Shown here piece after piece: positions 10,568-23,000 of a stretch of 59,576 bases of DNA. Below the pieces are notes generated by a model. The model had not been told where the DNA came from. It saw only the letters and a list, made by a program, of their open reading frames with translations, and did no database searches. How positions within the stretch are numbered: the stretch's first letter is position 1; each line of letters opens with the position of its first letter. Both the position numbers and the translations under genes were made by a program. The stretch is from Rhodoferax sp. (GTDB taxonomy: Bacteria; Pseudomonadota; Gammaproteobacteria; Burkholderiales; Burkholderiaceae_C): contig JANOWY010000029.1 of assembly GCA_031418135.1 (NCBI GenBank), forward strand, positions 1-59,576, written 5' to 3'.

Positions 10568-11884
10568 TTAAAAAGTCACGAAACACTCGGCCGCTGCCGC
10601 AACAGTTGCCGCTATGTCGGCATCGGTATGAGCGGCGCTGACGAATCCGGCCTCGTACAAGGCCGGTGCAATGTAGACGCCGCGCTGCAGCAAACCATGA
10701 AAAAGCCGGTTGAAACGCGGGCTATCAGTCGTCATCACCGTGGCGTAGTTTTGCGGCAAATCAGCCATTAAAAAGAAACCGAACATGCCACCCTCACTGT
10801 CGGCGCAAAACGGCACACCCGATTGCCGGGCTGCAGCGTTCAAGCCTGTAACCAACGACCGGGTTTTGACGCTCAGGTCTTCAAAAAAACCGGTCTGGGA
10901 AATAAGCTTCAGCGTGGCCAGCCCGCAGGCTGTTGCCACGGGGTTGCCTGACAAAGTGCCTGCCTGGTAAACCGCACCCACGGGTGCCAGATGCTGCATC
11001 ACCGAACGTTTGGCCCCAAAAGCCGCCAGCGGCATACCACCACCAATTACTTTGCCCAATACCGTCATATCCGGTTCAAAGCCTGGAATGGATCGGGCGT
11101 AGACTGCCTGCGCGCCACCCAACGCGACACGGCATCCCGTCATCACCTCATCAAAAACCAACAGCGCACCTGCCTGCGTGCACAACTCGCGGCAGCGCTT
11201 CATGAAGGGCACGCTGGCACGCACAAAATTCATATTGCCAGCGATGGGTTCGATCATCAAACAAGCGACTTCGGGCCCGTGCAATTTGAAGGCCTCTTCC
11301 AGTTGCTCAATGTTGTTGTATTCCAGAACCAGCGTGTGCGCGACGACTTCCGGTGGCACCCCGGCGCTGGTTGGGTTGCCAAAGGTGGCCAAGCCTGAAC
11401 CGGCCTTGACCAGCAACGCGTCGGCGTGGCCGTGATAACAACCCTCAAATTTGATGATCTTGCTGCGCCCGGTGGCACCGCGCGCAAGGCGTATTGCACT
11501 CATGCCGGCTTCTGTTCCGCTGCTGACCAGACGCACCATGTCCAGGCTGGGGTAAAGCTTCAAAATCGTTTCAACCAGTTCGACCTCGCGTTCCGTGGGC
11601 GCACCGAACGACAGACCGTCATGAACCGCTGCCGTAACGGCTTCAATCACGTCGGGGTGACCATGCCCCAAAATCATCGGCCCCCAGGATCCGATGTAAT
11701 CGATGTACCGTTGCCCATTGGTATCCCACATGTAGGCACCCTTTGCCCGCTCGATAAAGCGGGGTGTTCCACCCACGGCCTTGAAAGCCCGAACGGGGGA
11801 ATTCACGCCCCCGGGAATGACGTTTTTGGCGCGGTCAAACAAGGCGGCATTGCGGTCAGTTGGAGTGGGGATGATGGAATCCAT
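10568..11884 (-). CDS. hemL: Glutamate-1-semialdehyde 2,1-aminomutase
   Basis: 438 aa. [24 protein letters not shown] and [16 protein letters not shown] motifs. Confidence 0.95.
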   Translation of the reverse strand: MDSIIPTPTDRNAALFDRAKNVIPGGVNSPVRAFKAVGGTPRFIERAKGAYMWDTNGQRYIDYIGSWGPMILGHGHPDVIEAVTAAVHDGLSFGAPTEREVELVETILKLYPSLDMVRLVSSGTEAGMSAIRLARGATGRSKIIKFEGCYHGHADALLVKAGSGLATFGNPTSAGVPPEVVAHTLVLEYNNIEQLEEAFKLHGPEVACLMIEPIAGNMNFVRASVPFMKRCRELCTQAGALLVFDEVMTGCRVALGGAQAVYARSIPGFEPDMTVLGKVIGGGMPLAAFGAKRSVMQHLAPVGAVYQAGTLSGNPVATACGLATLKLISQTGFFEDLSVKTRSLVTGLNAAARQSGVPFCADSEGGMFGFFLMADLPQNYATVMTTDSPRFNRLFHGLLQRGVYIAPALYEAGFVSAAHTDADIAATVAAAAECFVTF

Positions 11885-11935
11885 GTCAGTCTCAATATAG
11901 GGTCAGTGTTTTTTCGACACGCAAAATAGTTGCGT

Positions 11936-12898
11936 TCAATGTTTGGTATCGGGGGCGGGCAAATCAAGCAGGCTTTGTGAGGCCGCGCCGTCGTCATCGA
12001 CCCCTTCTTCGTCATCCTCGGCATCACTATTGGCCCAAAACAGGCGGTCCGGAATGACTTGGCCCATGCCGGGACGAAAACCGCCATTTAGACTGCGGTC
12101 CAGGTAAGTCAGCGCCTCGGTGACGGCTTCTGGCAGCGCTGATCCACTGGCGATCAACGCCGCCAACGCAGCCGAAAGCGTGTCACCCGCGCCAGTAAAA
12201 ATGGCTTCAAACCTCTCAAATTTGGTGCTGCAGAGCACAGATTCAGGAGTTGCCAAGACGTTGTCGATGAATTGATCCGGCAAAACAAGGCCCGTCACCA
12301 GCGTGTATGGAACTCCAAAACCATGGGCTGCGCGCGCGATGTCACGCGCTGTTGGGCTCTTGGATCCCGCCCAATCTGGCAAAAGCCAACGCCGCAGTGT
12401 GCTGTGGTTTCCAACCAACACCGTCGTTTGCGGCAACAACAGCTCTTCCAGGGCGTCTAGATATGCATCGATTTCAGGTTCGTCCCACCAAGACAGGTCA
12501 GGCAAATAACAAACCAATGGCAACTCTTCGTAATCAGAAGCGATTTCGGCAATGACCGCCAGATTGGACGGGGTGCCGACGAAACCGACCTTGATCACCG
12601 CCACTTGCACATCTTCCAATACAGCCCGGGCCTGATCATCAACGGCCTCGTCATCAAACGCCACATGGCCACTGATTTCGCGGGTGTCGCGCATGTAGGC
12701 ACCTGTTACCACCGGCAAGGCATGAGCCCCTACCGAAGCAATTGAAGTGACATCCCCGCCAAGGCCACCGGCGCCGCTGGCATCGTTGGCATTAAAAACC
12801 AGCACACAGGCAGGTTGCAGAGATTCGTCCTCAACGTCGACTGCTTCAACGAGGGTGTCGCCAATCTTGCTGATATCAGACTCGGGTTTGGGAGGCAT
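11936..12898 (-). CDS. Hydroxymethylpyrimidine/phosphomethylpyrimidine kinase-like (ThiD/ribokinase-fold family) protein with acidic termini
   Basis: 320 aa. NANDASGAGGLGGD and FTGAGDTLSAALAALIASG motifs resemble the ThiD family. The hemL-thiD-like-rubredoxin synteny is common in Burkholderiales (from memory). Confidence 0.6.
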   Translation of the reverse strand: MPPKPESDISKIGDTLVEAVDVEDESLQPACVLVFNANDASGAGGLGGDVTSIASVGAHALPVVTGAYMRDTREISGHVAFDDEAVDDQARAVLEDVQVAVIKVGFVGTPSNLAVIAEIASDYEELPLVCYLPDLSWWDEPEIDAYLDALEELLLPQTTVLVGNHSTLRRWLLPDWAGSKSPTARDIARAAHGFGVPYTLVTGLVLPDQFIDNVLATPESVLCSTKFERFEAIFTGAGDTLSAALAALIASGSALPEAVTEALTYLDRSLNGGFRPGMGQVIPDRLFWANSDAEDDEEGVDDDGAASQSLLDLPAPDTKH

Positions 12899-13050
12899 AG
12901 GGATTGAGCGAACGAGGCGCGCTCAAGCAGAGGTGAAAATGAGGAAAAATGCCTGGAACACGAAAATTGATAGCAAGTGTTGCTTGGAACACAACATCGT
13001 CACGCTGCGCCGATACAATGATTGCATTCTATTCGAAGGCTAGATAAGCT

Positions 13051-13224
13051 GTGCTTGATACCAAAACTTGGATGTGTTTGATTTGCGGCTGGATTTACGA
13101 CGAAACCGACGGCGCACCCGACCACGGCATCGCCGCTGGCACTTTGTGGCGCGATGTGCCGATGAACTGGACTTGTCCCGAATGCGGCGCCCGAAAGGAA
13201 GATTTTGAAATGGTGCAAATCTAA
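13051..13224 (+). CDS. Rubredoxin
   Basis: Too short for the ORF track. VLDTKTWMCLICGWIYDETDGAPDHGIAAGTLWRDVPMNWTCPECGARKEDFEMVQI carries two CxxC pairs. GTG at 13051 is the first possible start after an in-frame TAA; an alternative ATG is at 13072. Confidence 0.88.
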   Translation: MLDTKTWMCLICGWIYDETDGAPDHGIAAGTLWRDVPMNWTCPECGARKEDFEMVQI

Positions 13225-13321
13225 TGCTGGACGTGTTAATCTGAAACCTTGTCGGATATTGCCCGCATATTCCCAGGCCGTTGGCCTGCCGTAGATGTGA
13301 CCGTTAGCTGACTGTTTTGCC

Positions 13322-13735
13322 ATGGAGTCCATTCTTGTGAACGCAACAGCTACCCAGTACAAGGTGCTGGTCGTCGATGACAGCAATACGATCCGGCGTA
13401 GCGCCGAAATTTTCCTCAAGCAGGGTGGTCATGATGTGATGTTGGCCGAGGACGGTTTTGACGCTTTGGCGAAAGTCAATGATTACCAGCCGCATCTTAT
13501 TTTTTGCGACATCCTGATGCCACGCCTCGATGGGTATCAAACCTGCGCAATCATCAAACGCAATGCCAAGTTTGCCAATGTGCCCGTGGTGATGCTGTCA
13601 TCCAAGGATGGTGTTTTTGACAAGGCGCGGGGACGCATGGTCGGAGCTCAGGACTACCTTACAAAACCATTCACAAAAGACCAGTTGCTTTCCGCCGTTA
13701 AGCAATTTGGACTGATACTGCAAGGGGAACACTGA
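13322..13735 (+). CDS. pilG: Twitching-motility response regulator PilG (CheY-like)
   Basis: 137 aa single REC domain (VLVVDDSNTIRR...DILMPRLDGY...LTKPF), first gene of a pilGHIJ-chpA type cluster. Confidence 0.88.
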   Translation: MESILVNATATQYKVLVVDDSNTIRRSAEIFLKQGGHDVMLAEDGFDALAKVNDYQPHLIFCDILMPRLDGYQTCAIIKRNAKFANVPVVMLSSKDGVFDKARGRMVGAQDYLTKPFTKDQLLSAVKQFGLILQGEH

Positions 13736-14100
13736 TGGCCATTCAAAAAATCCTGATTGTTGATGATTCCAAAACAGAACTGATGTTCCTGACGGCGCTG
13801 CTGGAGCGCAATGGGATGACCGTGCGAAATGCCCAAGGTGCAGATGATGCATTTAAGCGCCTGACGGAGGAGAAACCAGACTTGATTCTGATGGATGTCG
13901 TGATGCCAGGGCAAAACGGTTTTCAGTTGACCCGGGCGATTACCCGCACGCCAGAATACGCTGCGATCCCGATCATCATGTGTACCAGTAAAAATCTGGA
14001 AACAGACCGCGTTTGGGGCATGCGGCAGGGCGCGCGCGACTACATAACCAAACCGGTCAACGAAGCCGAGTTGATCGCCAAGATCAACGCTCTGGGTTAA
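13735..14100 (+). CDS. pilH: Twitching-motility response regulator PilH (CheY-like)
   Basis: 121 aa REC domain (ILIVDDSKTE...DVVMPGQNGF...ITKPV). Its start codon directly abuts the pilG stop codon. Confidence 0.88.
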   Translation: MAIQKILIVDDSKTELMFLTALLERNGMTVRNAQGADDAFKRLTEEKPDLILMDVVMPGQNGFQLTRAITRTPEYAAIPIIMCTSKNLETDRVWGMRQGARDYITKPVNEAELIAKINALG

Positions 14101-14114
14101 ATTCCGCTTTCACT

Positions 14115-14651
14115 ATGGCGAATCGCGCAGCCATCCGGGAGCTTCAAAGCCGTCTTGCTGCCCGTTTGCAAGCCGCCCGTACGGAAGGTGTGTCTGTCAC
14201 TTGGCTGGCAGTGCGTTGTGGTACCAGCAACTACCTCTTTCCACTGGTTCAGTCTGGCGAGATTTTTCCGCTCACTGCACTTCAAAAAGTCCCCTACTGT
14301 CGGCCTTGGTTTTCGGGTGTCCTAAATCTGCGTGGCGGGTTGTATGGAGTGGTAGATTTGGCCGCATTCATTGCAGGTGGGGCTGTACCTCATCGCGGTG
14401 AGATGGCCTTGGGTGAAGCCAGCGTCATTACCTTTCACGCAGCGCTGGATATCAACAGTGCGCTGCTGGTGGACGCATTGGCAGGCCTGCGAAGCGCCGA
14501 ATCCTTCACCAAATCAACCGGCCCGCTGCCAAACTCGCCTAGCTATTTTGGTAACCGGTACACAGAGCTTGGCGACGCCGGCGCTGTATGGCAGGAGATC
14601 AACCTGCAGTCCTTGGCCGAGTCGCCCGAGTTTCTGAGCATCAATGCCTGA
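14115..14651 (+). CDS. pilI: Chemotaxis coupling protein PilI (CheW-like)
   Basis: The track ORF starts at 14013, inside pilH. Preferred ATG is 14115 (MANRAAIRELQ...). CheW-like core FSGVLNLRGGLYGVVDLAAF. Confidence 0.8.
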   Translation: MANRAAIRELQSRLAARLQAARTEGVSVTWLAVRCGTSNYLFPLVQSGEIFPLTALQKVPYCRPWFSGVLNLRGGLYGVVDLAAFIAGGAVPHRGEMALGEASVITFHAALDINSALLVDALAGLRSAESFTKSTGPLPNSPSYFGNRYTELGDAGAVWQEINLQSLAESPEFLSINA

Positions 14652-14738
14652 AGGTGCCTGAAAAGCCTTCACGCGAACGTTCCATACTGTCTTTGCTTTG
14701 CACCTAGTTTTTTGCGACGCTCCAATACAAGGCCCATC

Positions 14739-17045
14739 ATGTCCATCGTCGATCAATTCAAAAACCTGTTTTCTTCCAAAAGCGCCGAGGTTACTTCGAT
14801 TGAGCAGGAGTCCCGCTTGAGCCTGGCTACGCCGGACGCTTCGGTCGTCGACAATTCAACGTTGGATACCGTTGGGCATTCCTCCGGACCTTTACCGCTT
14901 TCCGCAAGGGCTGATCTGCGCGACTCGGCCCAACCGGTTCCGGCAACGAAAACAACGGTGCAGGCGGATGAAAATCCAGACTTGATTGCTTTGCCGGTAC
15001 TGGGGCGCAAGTCGATTTCAGAACACCAACGTACCTTGTCCTATTTACTGGTGTTTGCGCTGCTGGCGCTTGCAATGATCACTTACTACGCGCTAAGCCA
15101 AGCGAATAAAACTGCCCGACAATTGGGGGCAACCGGGCAGGCGTTGATGCAATCGCAGCGTCTGGCCAAGTCTACTTCATTGGCGCTGGTCGGCAATCAA
15201 AAAGCCTTTCCAGACGTTGCCAACAGTTCGTCGGTGCTGGCCAAATCACTGCGTGCGTTGAAGGCAGGAGATGATGAGCTGGATGTGGCTGCGCTGCCGC
15301 CAGACTTTGGCCCAGATTTGGACACGGTGATGCCACTAATGGAAAAAGCAGAAAAAAGTGCGGGCATTGTGATGAGCCAGCAAAAAGTGCTCACCCAAGT
15401 TAACTCTGCGCTGCGCCAGATCAACCGGCAGTCGTCTGACCTATTGGAAATTGCCGAGTCAATATCGTCGTTGAAATTACAACAGAATTCTGGCCCGTCT
15501 GAATTGTCTGCCGCTGGCCAACTGGTCATGTTGACTCAACGTATTGGCAAATCGTCCAATGAATTTCTCACCGCAGAGGGAGTCGGAGCCGAGGCCGTTT
15601 TCCTCTTGGGAAAAGATCTCAATGCGTTCAAAGAGATATCGCAGGGCTTGCTGAGTGGCAGTTCCGAACTGCGCCTCAATGCCACTAAGGATCCGCAGAC
15701 CAAAGAGCAATTGGAGGCACTGATCAAGCTTTACGAACAGACGCGGGTTCAGGCTGGCGCAATTTTGGGCAACCTGCAGGGATTGGCATCGGCGCGCGAA
15801 GCTCAAAATACAGTCGTGTCTGACAGCGAACCATTGCGCGAATCATTGGAGGTGTTGCAAACCCGCTTGACTGCTCAAGCGGGGTTAAGCACCTTTGTCC
15901 TTTTGCTGCTTGCCTTGGCTGCCGCTACTGCAATTTTTAGTGCCTATGGGTTGGCTCAAGTTCAGGTGCAGGACGGACGCAAGCGACAGGCGATTGCAGA
16001 AGTGCAGCGCCAATCGGCTGAACGACAGGAGCAGGAGGCGAAACGGGTCAATGATGCCAATCAAGCGGCCATTTTGAGGCTGATGAATGAACTTCAAACA
16101 GTGGCCGAAGGGGATTTAACACAGGAAGCTACTGTCACTGAAGACATTACGGGCGCCATTGCGGACTCCGTCAATTACACCATTGAAGAACTGCGAACAC
16201 TCGTTTCAAACGTACAAAACACTGCAGTTAAGGTAACACAGACTACCGCTGAAGTGGACTCAACATCTACTGAGCTTTTGGCAGCGTCCAATGAACAATT
16301 GCTGGAAATTCGGCAAACAGGCCAGGCTGTTGTCGATATGGCAACCCGGATTAACGCAGTGTCTTCACAAGCGCAGGAGTCTGCCTCGGTGGCGCGGCAG
16401 TCGCTGGAAGCCGCTGAAACCGGACTCCAAGCCGTGCAAAATGCGATCGGTGGCATGAACATTATTCGGGATCAGATTCAAGATACATCCAAACGCATCA
16501 AACGGTTGGGAGAGTCATCGCAGGAAATTGGAGAAATTACCGAACTGATTTCAGACATCACCGAACAAACCAATGTACTTGCTTTGAATGCAGCCATACA
16601 GGCCGCGTCGGCGGGTGAGGCTGGCCGAGGTTTCTCGGTAGTTGCGGAAGAAGTGCAGCGTCTCGCTGAACGTTCTGCCGATGCCACGCGCCAAATTTCC
16701 GCGTTGGTCAAGGCAATTCAAACTGACACCCAGGATGCAGTAGGGGCCATGGAGCGCTCCACACAGGGCGTGGTGGAAGGTGCCAAGCTTTCGGATGCCG
16801 CAGGAACCGCGTTGTCTGAGATCGACCGTGTGACACGCCGCCTTTCCGAGCTCATACAGCATATTTCAAATTCCACGTCCAGAGAGGCAACCTTGGCCAA
16901 TGGCGTTGCAGAAAACATACAGCATATTTTTGCCGTGACTGAGCAAACCGGCGAAGGCACCAAAGCTACAGCGTCCCAAGTTCGTGAACTCTCACGGATG
17001 GCTGAAGAACTGAGCCAATCGGTCGCGCGATTCAAGGTCTCTTGA
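14739..17045 (+). CDS. pilJ: Methyl-accepting chemotaxis protein PilJ
   Basis: Track ORF is 14712 (TTG)..17045; ATG at 14739 gives MSIVDQFKN. Two TM segments and the MCP signalling hairpin LALNAAIQAASAGEAGRGFSVVAEEVQRLAERSA. Confidence 0.88.
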   Translation: MSIVDQFKNLFSSKSAEVTSIEQESRLSLATPDASVVDNSTLDTVGHSSGPLPLSARADLRDSAQPVPATKTTVQADENPDLIALPVLGRKSISEHQRTLSYLLVFALLALAMITYYALSQANKTARQLGATGQALMQSQRLAKSTSLALVGNQKAFPDVANSSSVLAKSLRALKAGDDELDVAALPPDFGPDLDTVMPLMEKAEKSAGIVMSQQKVLTQVNSALRQINRQSSDLLEIAESISSLKLQQNSGPSELSAAGQLVMLTQRIGKSSNEFLTAEGVGAEAVFLLGKDLNAFKEISQGLLSGSSELRLNATKDPQTKEQLEALIKLYEQTRVQAGAILGNLQGLASAREAQNTVVSDSEPLRESLEVLQTRLTAQAGLSTFVLLLLALAAATAIFSAYGLAQVQVQDGRKRQAIAEVQRQSAERQEQEAKRVNDANQAAILRLMNELQTVAEGDLTQEATVTEDITGAIADSVNYTIEELRTLVSNVQNTAVKVTQTTAEVDSTSTELLAASNEQLLEIRQTGQAVVDMATRINAVSSQAQESASVARQSLEAAETGLQAVQNAIGGMNIIRDQIQDTSKRIKRLGESSQEIGEITELISDITEQTNVLALNAAIQAASAGEAGRGFSVVAEEVQRLAERSADATRQISALVKAIQTDTQDAVGAMERSTQGVVEGAKLSDAAGTALSEIDRVTRRLSELIQHISNSTSREATLANGVAENIQHIFAVTEQTGEGTKATASQVRELSRMAEELSQSVARFKVS

Positions 17046-17072
17046 CCCACGCACGCAGGAGCTGAGAACCTC

Positions 17073-20000
17073 ATGCAAATTACAGAAACAGCGGTTGCGG
17101 AAAACGATGTCCCGTCAGATGACCTGGGCCCTTTGGCCTGGGTTCTTGACGAGCTGAAGAAGTCGCTCGACAGTGCCACCAAGGCCATGCGGCGATTTGT
17201 TAGGGATGCCGATTTAGCGAGAGGATCTGACCTGGCGAGCTTGGACGCGAGTCATCTGCGCATTGCGCGGCAGCAGTTACATCAAGCCGTTGGTGCCTTG
17301 GAAATGGTAGGTTTCAGCGCTACGGCAAAAGTAATGCGGGCCATGGAAGCGCTCGCACAAAAATTTGTACAGTACCCGGAGCAATGCAGCGATGATGCGG
17401 CCAACAAAATGGAGCGTGCCAGTTTTGCACTGACCGAATACCTTGAGGGAATGCTGAAGGGAAAGGCTGGTTCTCCGGTCGCATTGTTTGTGCAATACCG
17501 GGACGTGATCGAATTGGTGGAAGGTGAGCGCGTACATCCTGCAGACCTTTGGTTTCATGACTTGCGCTGGGTCGATGCGCCAATGCCGGTCAACGCGCAA
17601 CCTTTGGCGTATTCGCCCGCTGTGCGGGCTGTCTTGGATCAATCCATCCTGAAAGTTGTGAAATTCGCCGATCCTGCGTCAGCAAAGCGGCTGCGTGATT
17701 TATTCCTTGGCTTGGCAGCCGGGCAATCGCGCCCAGCGCCCCGCAGTTTTTGGCAAATTTGCGCCGGTTTTTTCGAAGCCAATGCAATTGGGCTCTGCTC
17801 TACTGACGTGTATGCAAAACGTGCGGGATCAAGAGTTTTGCAGCAGTATGCTACTTTGGCGAAAGGCGAGGAATCGGTCTCAGAAAGATTGGCGCAAGAT
17901 CTTCTGTTTTTTTGCGCCCAGTCGAGCCCCGGGCGGGAAGAAGACGCACCAATTCTTTGGGCCGTGCGGCGGGCTTTCGGAATCAGCCAGTCAAACGCTG
18001 TCAACTATGACACTGCACAATACGGCCGTTTTGATCCAGCGCTCTTGGCTCTGGTCAGAAAGCGGATTTCATCGGCAACTGAGACTTGGTCAGCTTTGGC
18101 AGGTGGTGACACCAACCGGGTGAAGGCAGCCCAAGAGCAATTTTCTGCTGTTGCAGAAACTATGCTCAAGCTGCATCCTGAAAACGCTGAATTGGCACGT
18201 GCAATGGTTCGCGCGGTAGAGTCTACGGTGCGTTCGGGCGAACCACCGAACACGCCGGTTGCGATGGAGGTGGCTACTGCCGTTTTGTATCTCGAGGCGA
18301 CCTACGAGGATCTCGATCCGGCCGACACCACAATGGTGTCACGCAGTTTGCGCCTTTCGAACCGGCTGGACCAAGTGGTCAAAGGAGGTCCGTCGGAACC
18401 GCTGGAAGCCTGGATGGAAGAGCTGTACCGCAGGGTTAGCGATCGGCAGACCATGGGTAGTGTGGTCGATGAGCTACGGATGAACCTAGGTGAAATTGAA
18501 AAATCACTTGACCAGTTTTTTCGCAACCCGACCGACAAAATACCTCTGCACCAAGTGCCTGGTCAACTAGCGCAAATGCGCGGCGTTTTTTCCGTGTTGG
18601 GACTTGACCAAGCATCATTGGCGATGTTACGTCTGCGTGATAGCGTCGAGAAGATGCTGCTTGAACAAACCGTTCCTGGCAGCCCCAGTTTTGAAAAACT
18701 CGGCAGCAGCTTGGGTGCAGTCGGGTTTCTAATTGACATGCTCAGCTACCAGCGGGCGTTGGCAAAAAAAGTATTCACATGGGACGAGGAGCTTGGTGAA
18801 TTCAAACCATTGATGGGTCGCCAAGCCTCACCAGTTCGGGCATTAGCACCGGAAGCGGGTACACCTGCGGCCCAGCTACCGAGTTCGCAGAGTGAGCCGC
18901 TTCAGACCGAAGCACCGCCCGCAGTCGTGATCGCGGCGGCTCCCCCTAACGTGTTGACATCATCCGTTCAAGGCCTTGACGCGCTCAATCTTCCGTCGCT
19001 GGATTTGAATCCCCCAACGTCATCGCACGTCCCAAGTCAGACGCAAGTGCCGACTGAGCCGGCATTGACGGCCATCCAGATCAATTCGGGCGTGAGTTCT
19101 GCTGTAATCACACCAGGTGTATTACCCACACCTGCTGCAGGGGTTACTGACGACGATGAAGACGCGGAAATCCGCGATATCTTCCTCGAAGAAGCGTCTG
19201 AAGTTGTCCAAAATGGCACCCTTGCTATTGCCACGTTGGTGTCCGACCCATCCAATTTAGCTGATCAAACTACGCTGCGTAGGGCATTTCATACGCTCAA
19301 GGGCAGTTCCCGCATGGTGGGTCTCAATGATTTTGGAGAGGCCGCCTGGTCAATGGAACAATTGATGAATTCATGGCTTGCGGAGCAAAAAACGGCAAGT
19401 CCCGAATTGCTGGCTCTGGTTGGCAAGGCTATGCAGGGCTTCGGTGTTTGGGTGGGCCTAATTGCCAATCGCACAGACAGCAATTGGAGTCCTCGGAATT
19501 TCAGGCTGGCTGCTGACGCCCTACGGCTCGAGAACAAACTAGTCGCGCTGGAATTCCCCAACGAGCCATTGAAATCAGCACCTGCCATTGAAGCGCATCA
19601 ACCCGAGTTGCCGACCAGTGCTTCGCAAGGCTTGCAGACCAAAGGGCTTGAGCAAGACACTGAAACGATCCAGGTCACCAAAATCGATTTTGAGCCAACT
19701 GCAATCCGTGAGTTTCAGCCATCAATGAGTTCGGTGCCACCCGATTCCATTCGTGGTGATTTGGGCCTGAGTGACTTCGACTTCGGTTCGTCTGACAAAA
19801 CCCATCAGCCGCCAGCGTCTCCTGAATTCGGACCTGAATTGGTTCCGACCGAAATTTTTTCTACCGAAGCCCAACCTGCACCCATTGACGCAGAGTCGAC
19901 GATCACGGCGGATACCGACGCAAACAGTTTGCTCGAAATTACTGCACCTTCCCTGCGATCGATCACCAAAGCCGTTGGCGATACCGCCAATCTACTGGGA

Positions 20001-23000
20001 GATGGCCCTTCTGCACCGCCGGAAGAATCGGTCAAGGTAATTGGCTCGTTGAGAATTGGTCTCCCGCTTTACAACGTCTATTTGAATGAGGCCGATGAAT
20101 GGTCTCGTCGCCTGCAAATGGATCTGAGCGAGTGGGCCCTGGAACTGCACAAGCAGCTTCCAGATACCTCCATCGCTTACGCGCATTCGCTTTCGGGGAG
20201 CTCTTCAACTGTTGGTTTTGGTGCTCTGGCCGATATCGCTCGATCACTTGAAACAGCGATGCAACATGTGCAATTGCATGGCAAAGGTGACCCACACCAT
20301 GCCAAGGCGTTTAGCCTTGCAGCCGAAGAAATCAGGCGACTTTTGCACCAATTCGCTGCAGGATTCCTTAAAGCGCCATCAACAGATGTCATGGAGGAGC
20401 TCGGCGCGATCGCAGAGCTTGAATTTGCACCAAGTGTCCGGGGTGAGCTCGAGGACTTGGATTTTTCCAGTACGGACGCAGAACCGCAAATATCAGTTTT
20501 CCCAGAACCAGGGGAAGCAGCTGTTGTTGAGCCTCAAATGGTGGACTTGCCGTCCTCCTTTGGATTTGAAAATGTCAATGGCCCGGATGTTCAACCGTCG
20601 TTTACTGCTTTAACCCATGGCACTTCTGTTGGGAAGTTAACTGCGGGTTCTACCCCAACGGAAATTGCAGTTGAGGTTGCCTCCGTTGTGACCGCAAACA
20701 CGTCGCAATTGCCGAACTCTGAACTGGTCAATTTGACAATTGCCGAACCTGCAGCAGCGGTGCGCGAAACGGCCCGGGTTTTGCCGTCGGCTAGGTTAAA
20801 TTTGTTCGGCGCCGTCCGGCAAATCGAAGTTCAAGATGACGATTTTGATTTTGCGGATGCCCTCGATGCAGATCTTTTTCCGATTTTTGAAGAGGAGGCG
20901 CTGGAGTTGCTCCCCCAATTGGGTGGCGCATTGCGACAATGGGCTGCGCGTCCAGACAACCTTGGCGCGAGGGGTGAAGCACTCAGGGTCTTGCATACCC
21001 TGAAAGGAAGCGCGCGTTTAGCGGGCGCATTGAGGCTCGGAGAGAAGACCCACCGTCTAGAGACGGCCATCGAGCATTTGGGGAAAGAGGACTTAAAGGA
21101 GGCCCAGCTTGAACCATTGATGGCAAATTTCGACGATATTCAGGCAAGTTTTGAAAATCTCCGTCACGGTGACGCACGCGCCTTTGAACGACCAGAAGGC
21201 CTGCTGACAGGCGTAATCGGGCGCGACACCCCACGCACTGAAATTGGCGGTGCAGCGACCGGAGCAGCTCTGACGCCGGCAAGCGTAAATGCACCACCGT
21301 TACAGCTCCCAACTGCCCGAATGCCGGCCCCCGCCCGCCAGGCCAACAATCAATCCTTGCGTGTCCGCGCGCAGGTTATGGATCGATTGGTCAATCAGGC
21401 GGGCGAAGTGATGATCGCTCGCTCACGAATCGAAGCAAGGCTGGTTCAGTTAAGGGTGTCCATGACAGAATTGACTGGGAATTTGGACCGGATGCGCCAT
21501 CACCTTCGGGATATTGAGGTTCAGGCCGAAACGCAAATGCAATCGAGAATGGCTTTGGCCAAGGAAACCTCACAAGTATTCGATCCATTGGAATTCGATC
21601 AGTTCACCCGGCTTCAGGAATTGACGCGAATGATGGCGGAGTCAGTCAACGACGTGGCGACTGTTCAACGCAATATTCAACAGGCGGTTGAAGGTTCTGA
21701 GGACGACCTGATTGCCCAGGGACGGCAAGCACGTGAATTGCAGCGTGATCTCCTGCGTACCCGCATGGTTGAATTTGAGAGCATCTCGGAACGCCTCTAC
21801 GGCGTCGTGAGACAAGCGGCAAAAGATGCAGGCAAGCAGGTTAAATTGGATATCACCGGCGGGTCTTTGGACGTGGATCGCAGTGTATTGGAGCGGATGG
21901 CACCGGCGTTTGAACACTTGCTTCGCAACTCGATTGCGCATGGCATTGAGCCTGGCGACGTTCGTTTGCAATTGGAAAAATCCGCGGTAGGCACGATTTC
22001 AATCGACCTTCAGCACAACAGCAATGAGTTGTCCGTAACATTTGTGGATGACGGCTCTGGGCTGGATTTGCAACGTATTCGGGACAAGGCCGTTTCAAGT
22101 GGCGTTGCGCCAAACGCCAATGAATTGTCTGAGTTGGAAATCGCCAACCTCATTTTTTTGCCGGGCTTTTCGACTGCGGAGACCGTTTCGGAAATAGCGG
22201 GTCGGGGTATTGGCATGGATGTCGTACGCTCGGAGATGAACGCATTGGGTGGTCGAATTGAAACCCGCACGCAGGCTGGCCAAGGCACTCAATTTCAATT
22301 GGTTTTGCCGCTGACAACTGCTGTGACTCAGGTCGTGATGTTACGGATGGGTGATCTGAATATTGGTGTTCCAGCCAACGTCATTGAAATTGTGCGTAGG
22401 GTTCCTATTGCTGCCCTGGAGGCTTCGTACCAAAGCGGCACAATTGACCAAGCTGGGGAACCCGTGGCGTTTTATTGGGGCGGTGCCTTGTTGCAAGCCT
22501 CAAGCCATAGCGCTGAAATGACCTCAAGACACTTGCCCGTGGCGATTTTTCGCAGCGCGGGACTTCGGGTTGCTTTACATATAGACGAAGTTCTGGGAAA
22601 CCAGGAGGTCGTTGTCAAAAATCTGGGGCCACAGTTGTCGAAATTGCCTGGCCTGACGGGCATGTCGGTGCTGGCATCGGGACTAGCTGTCCTCATTTAC
22701 AACCCGGTTGCTCTCGTCTCCGTTTATGGCGATGCAGCGCGGACATTGCGCCAATCGATCGAAGCACAGGGCCTGAGCGGTTCGGTTGATCGACCGAAAA
22801 CGATGTTGCTGTCTGTGATGACAAGCCCTTCTCTGGTTCCGCTGATTATGGTTGTTGACGATTCCATTACCGTTCGCCGGGTCACCCAGCGTCTGCTCAA
22901 ACGCGAAGGGTATAGGGTTGTACTTGCCTCAGACGGGTTGCAAGCTTTGGAACGATTGCAGGATGAACGGCCCACCGTAGTTTTGTCAGATATTGAGATG

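Noticed and set aside
12950-13000. Two TGGAACAC motifs upstream of rubredoxin/pilG, and TGGCAC at ~7968, considered as sigma-54 (-24/-12) promoters.
   Set aside because: The GG to GC spacing does not fit TGGCAC-N5-TTGC in any of them. No -12 GC is at the required distance.
14013-14114. N-terminal extensions of several track ORFs (14013 pilI, 23848 ruvX, 24264 pyrR, 32737 GDPD, 34294 YnjF-like, 36721 DUF962, 47041 DUF2909, 46520 and 54231 on the minus strand).
   Set aside because: The extensions overlap the preceding gene or repeats and have atypical composition. Internal ATGs give canonical N-termini (signal peptide or lipobox, ATGA coupling, SD sequences).
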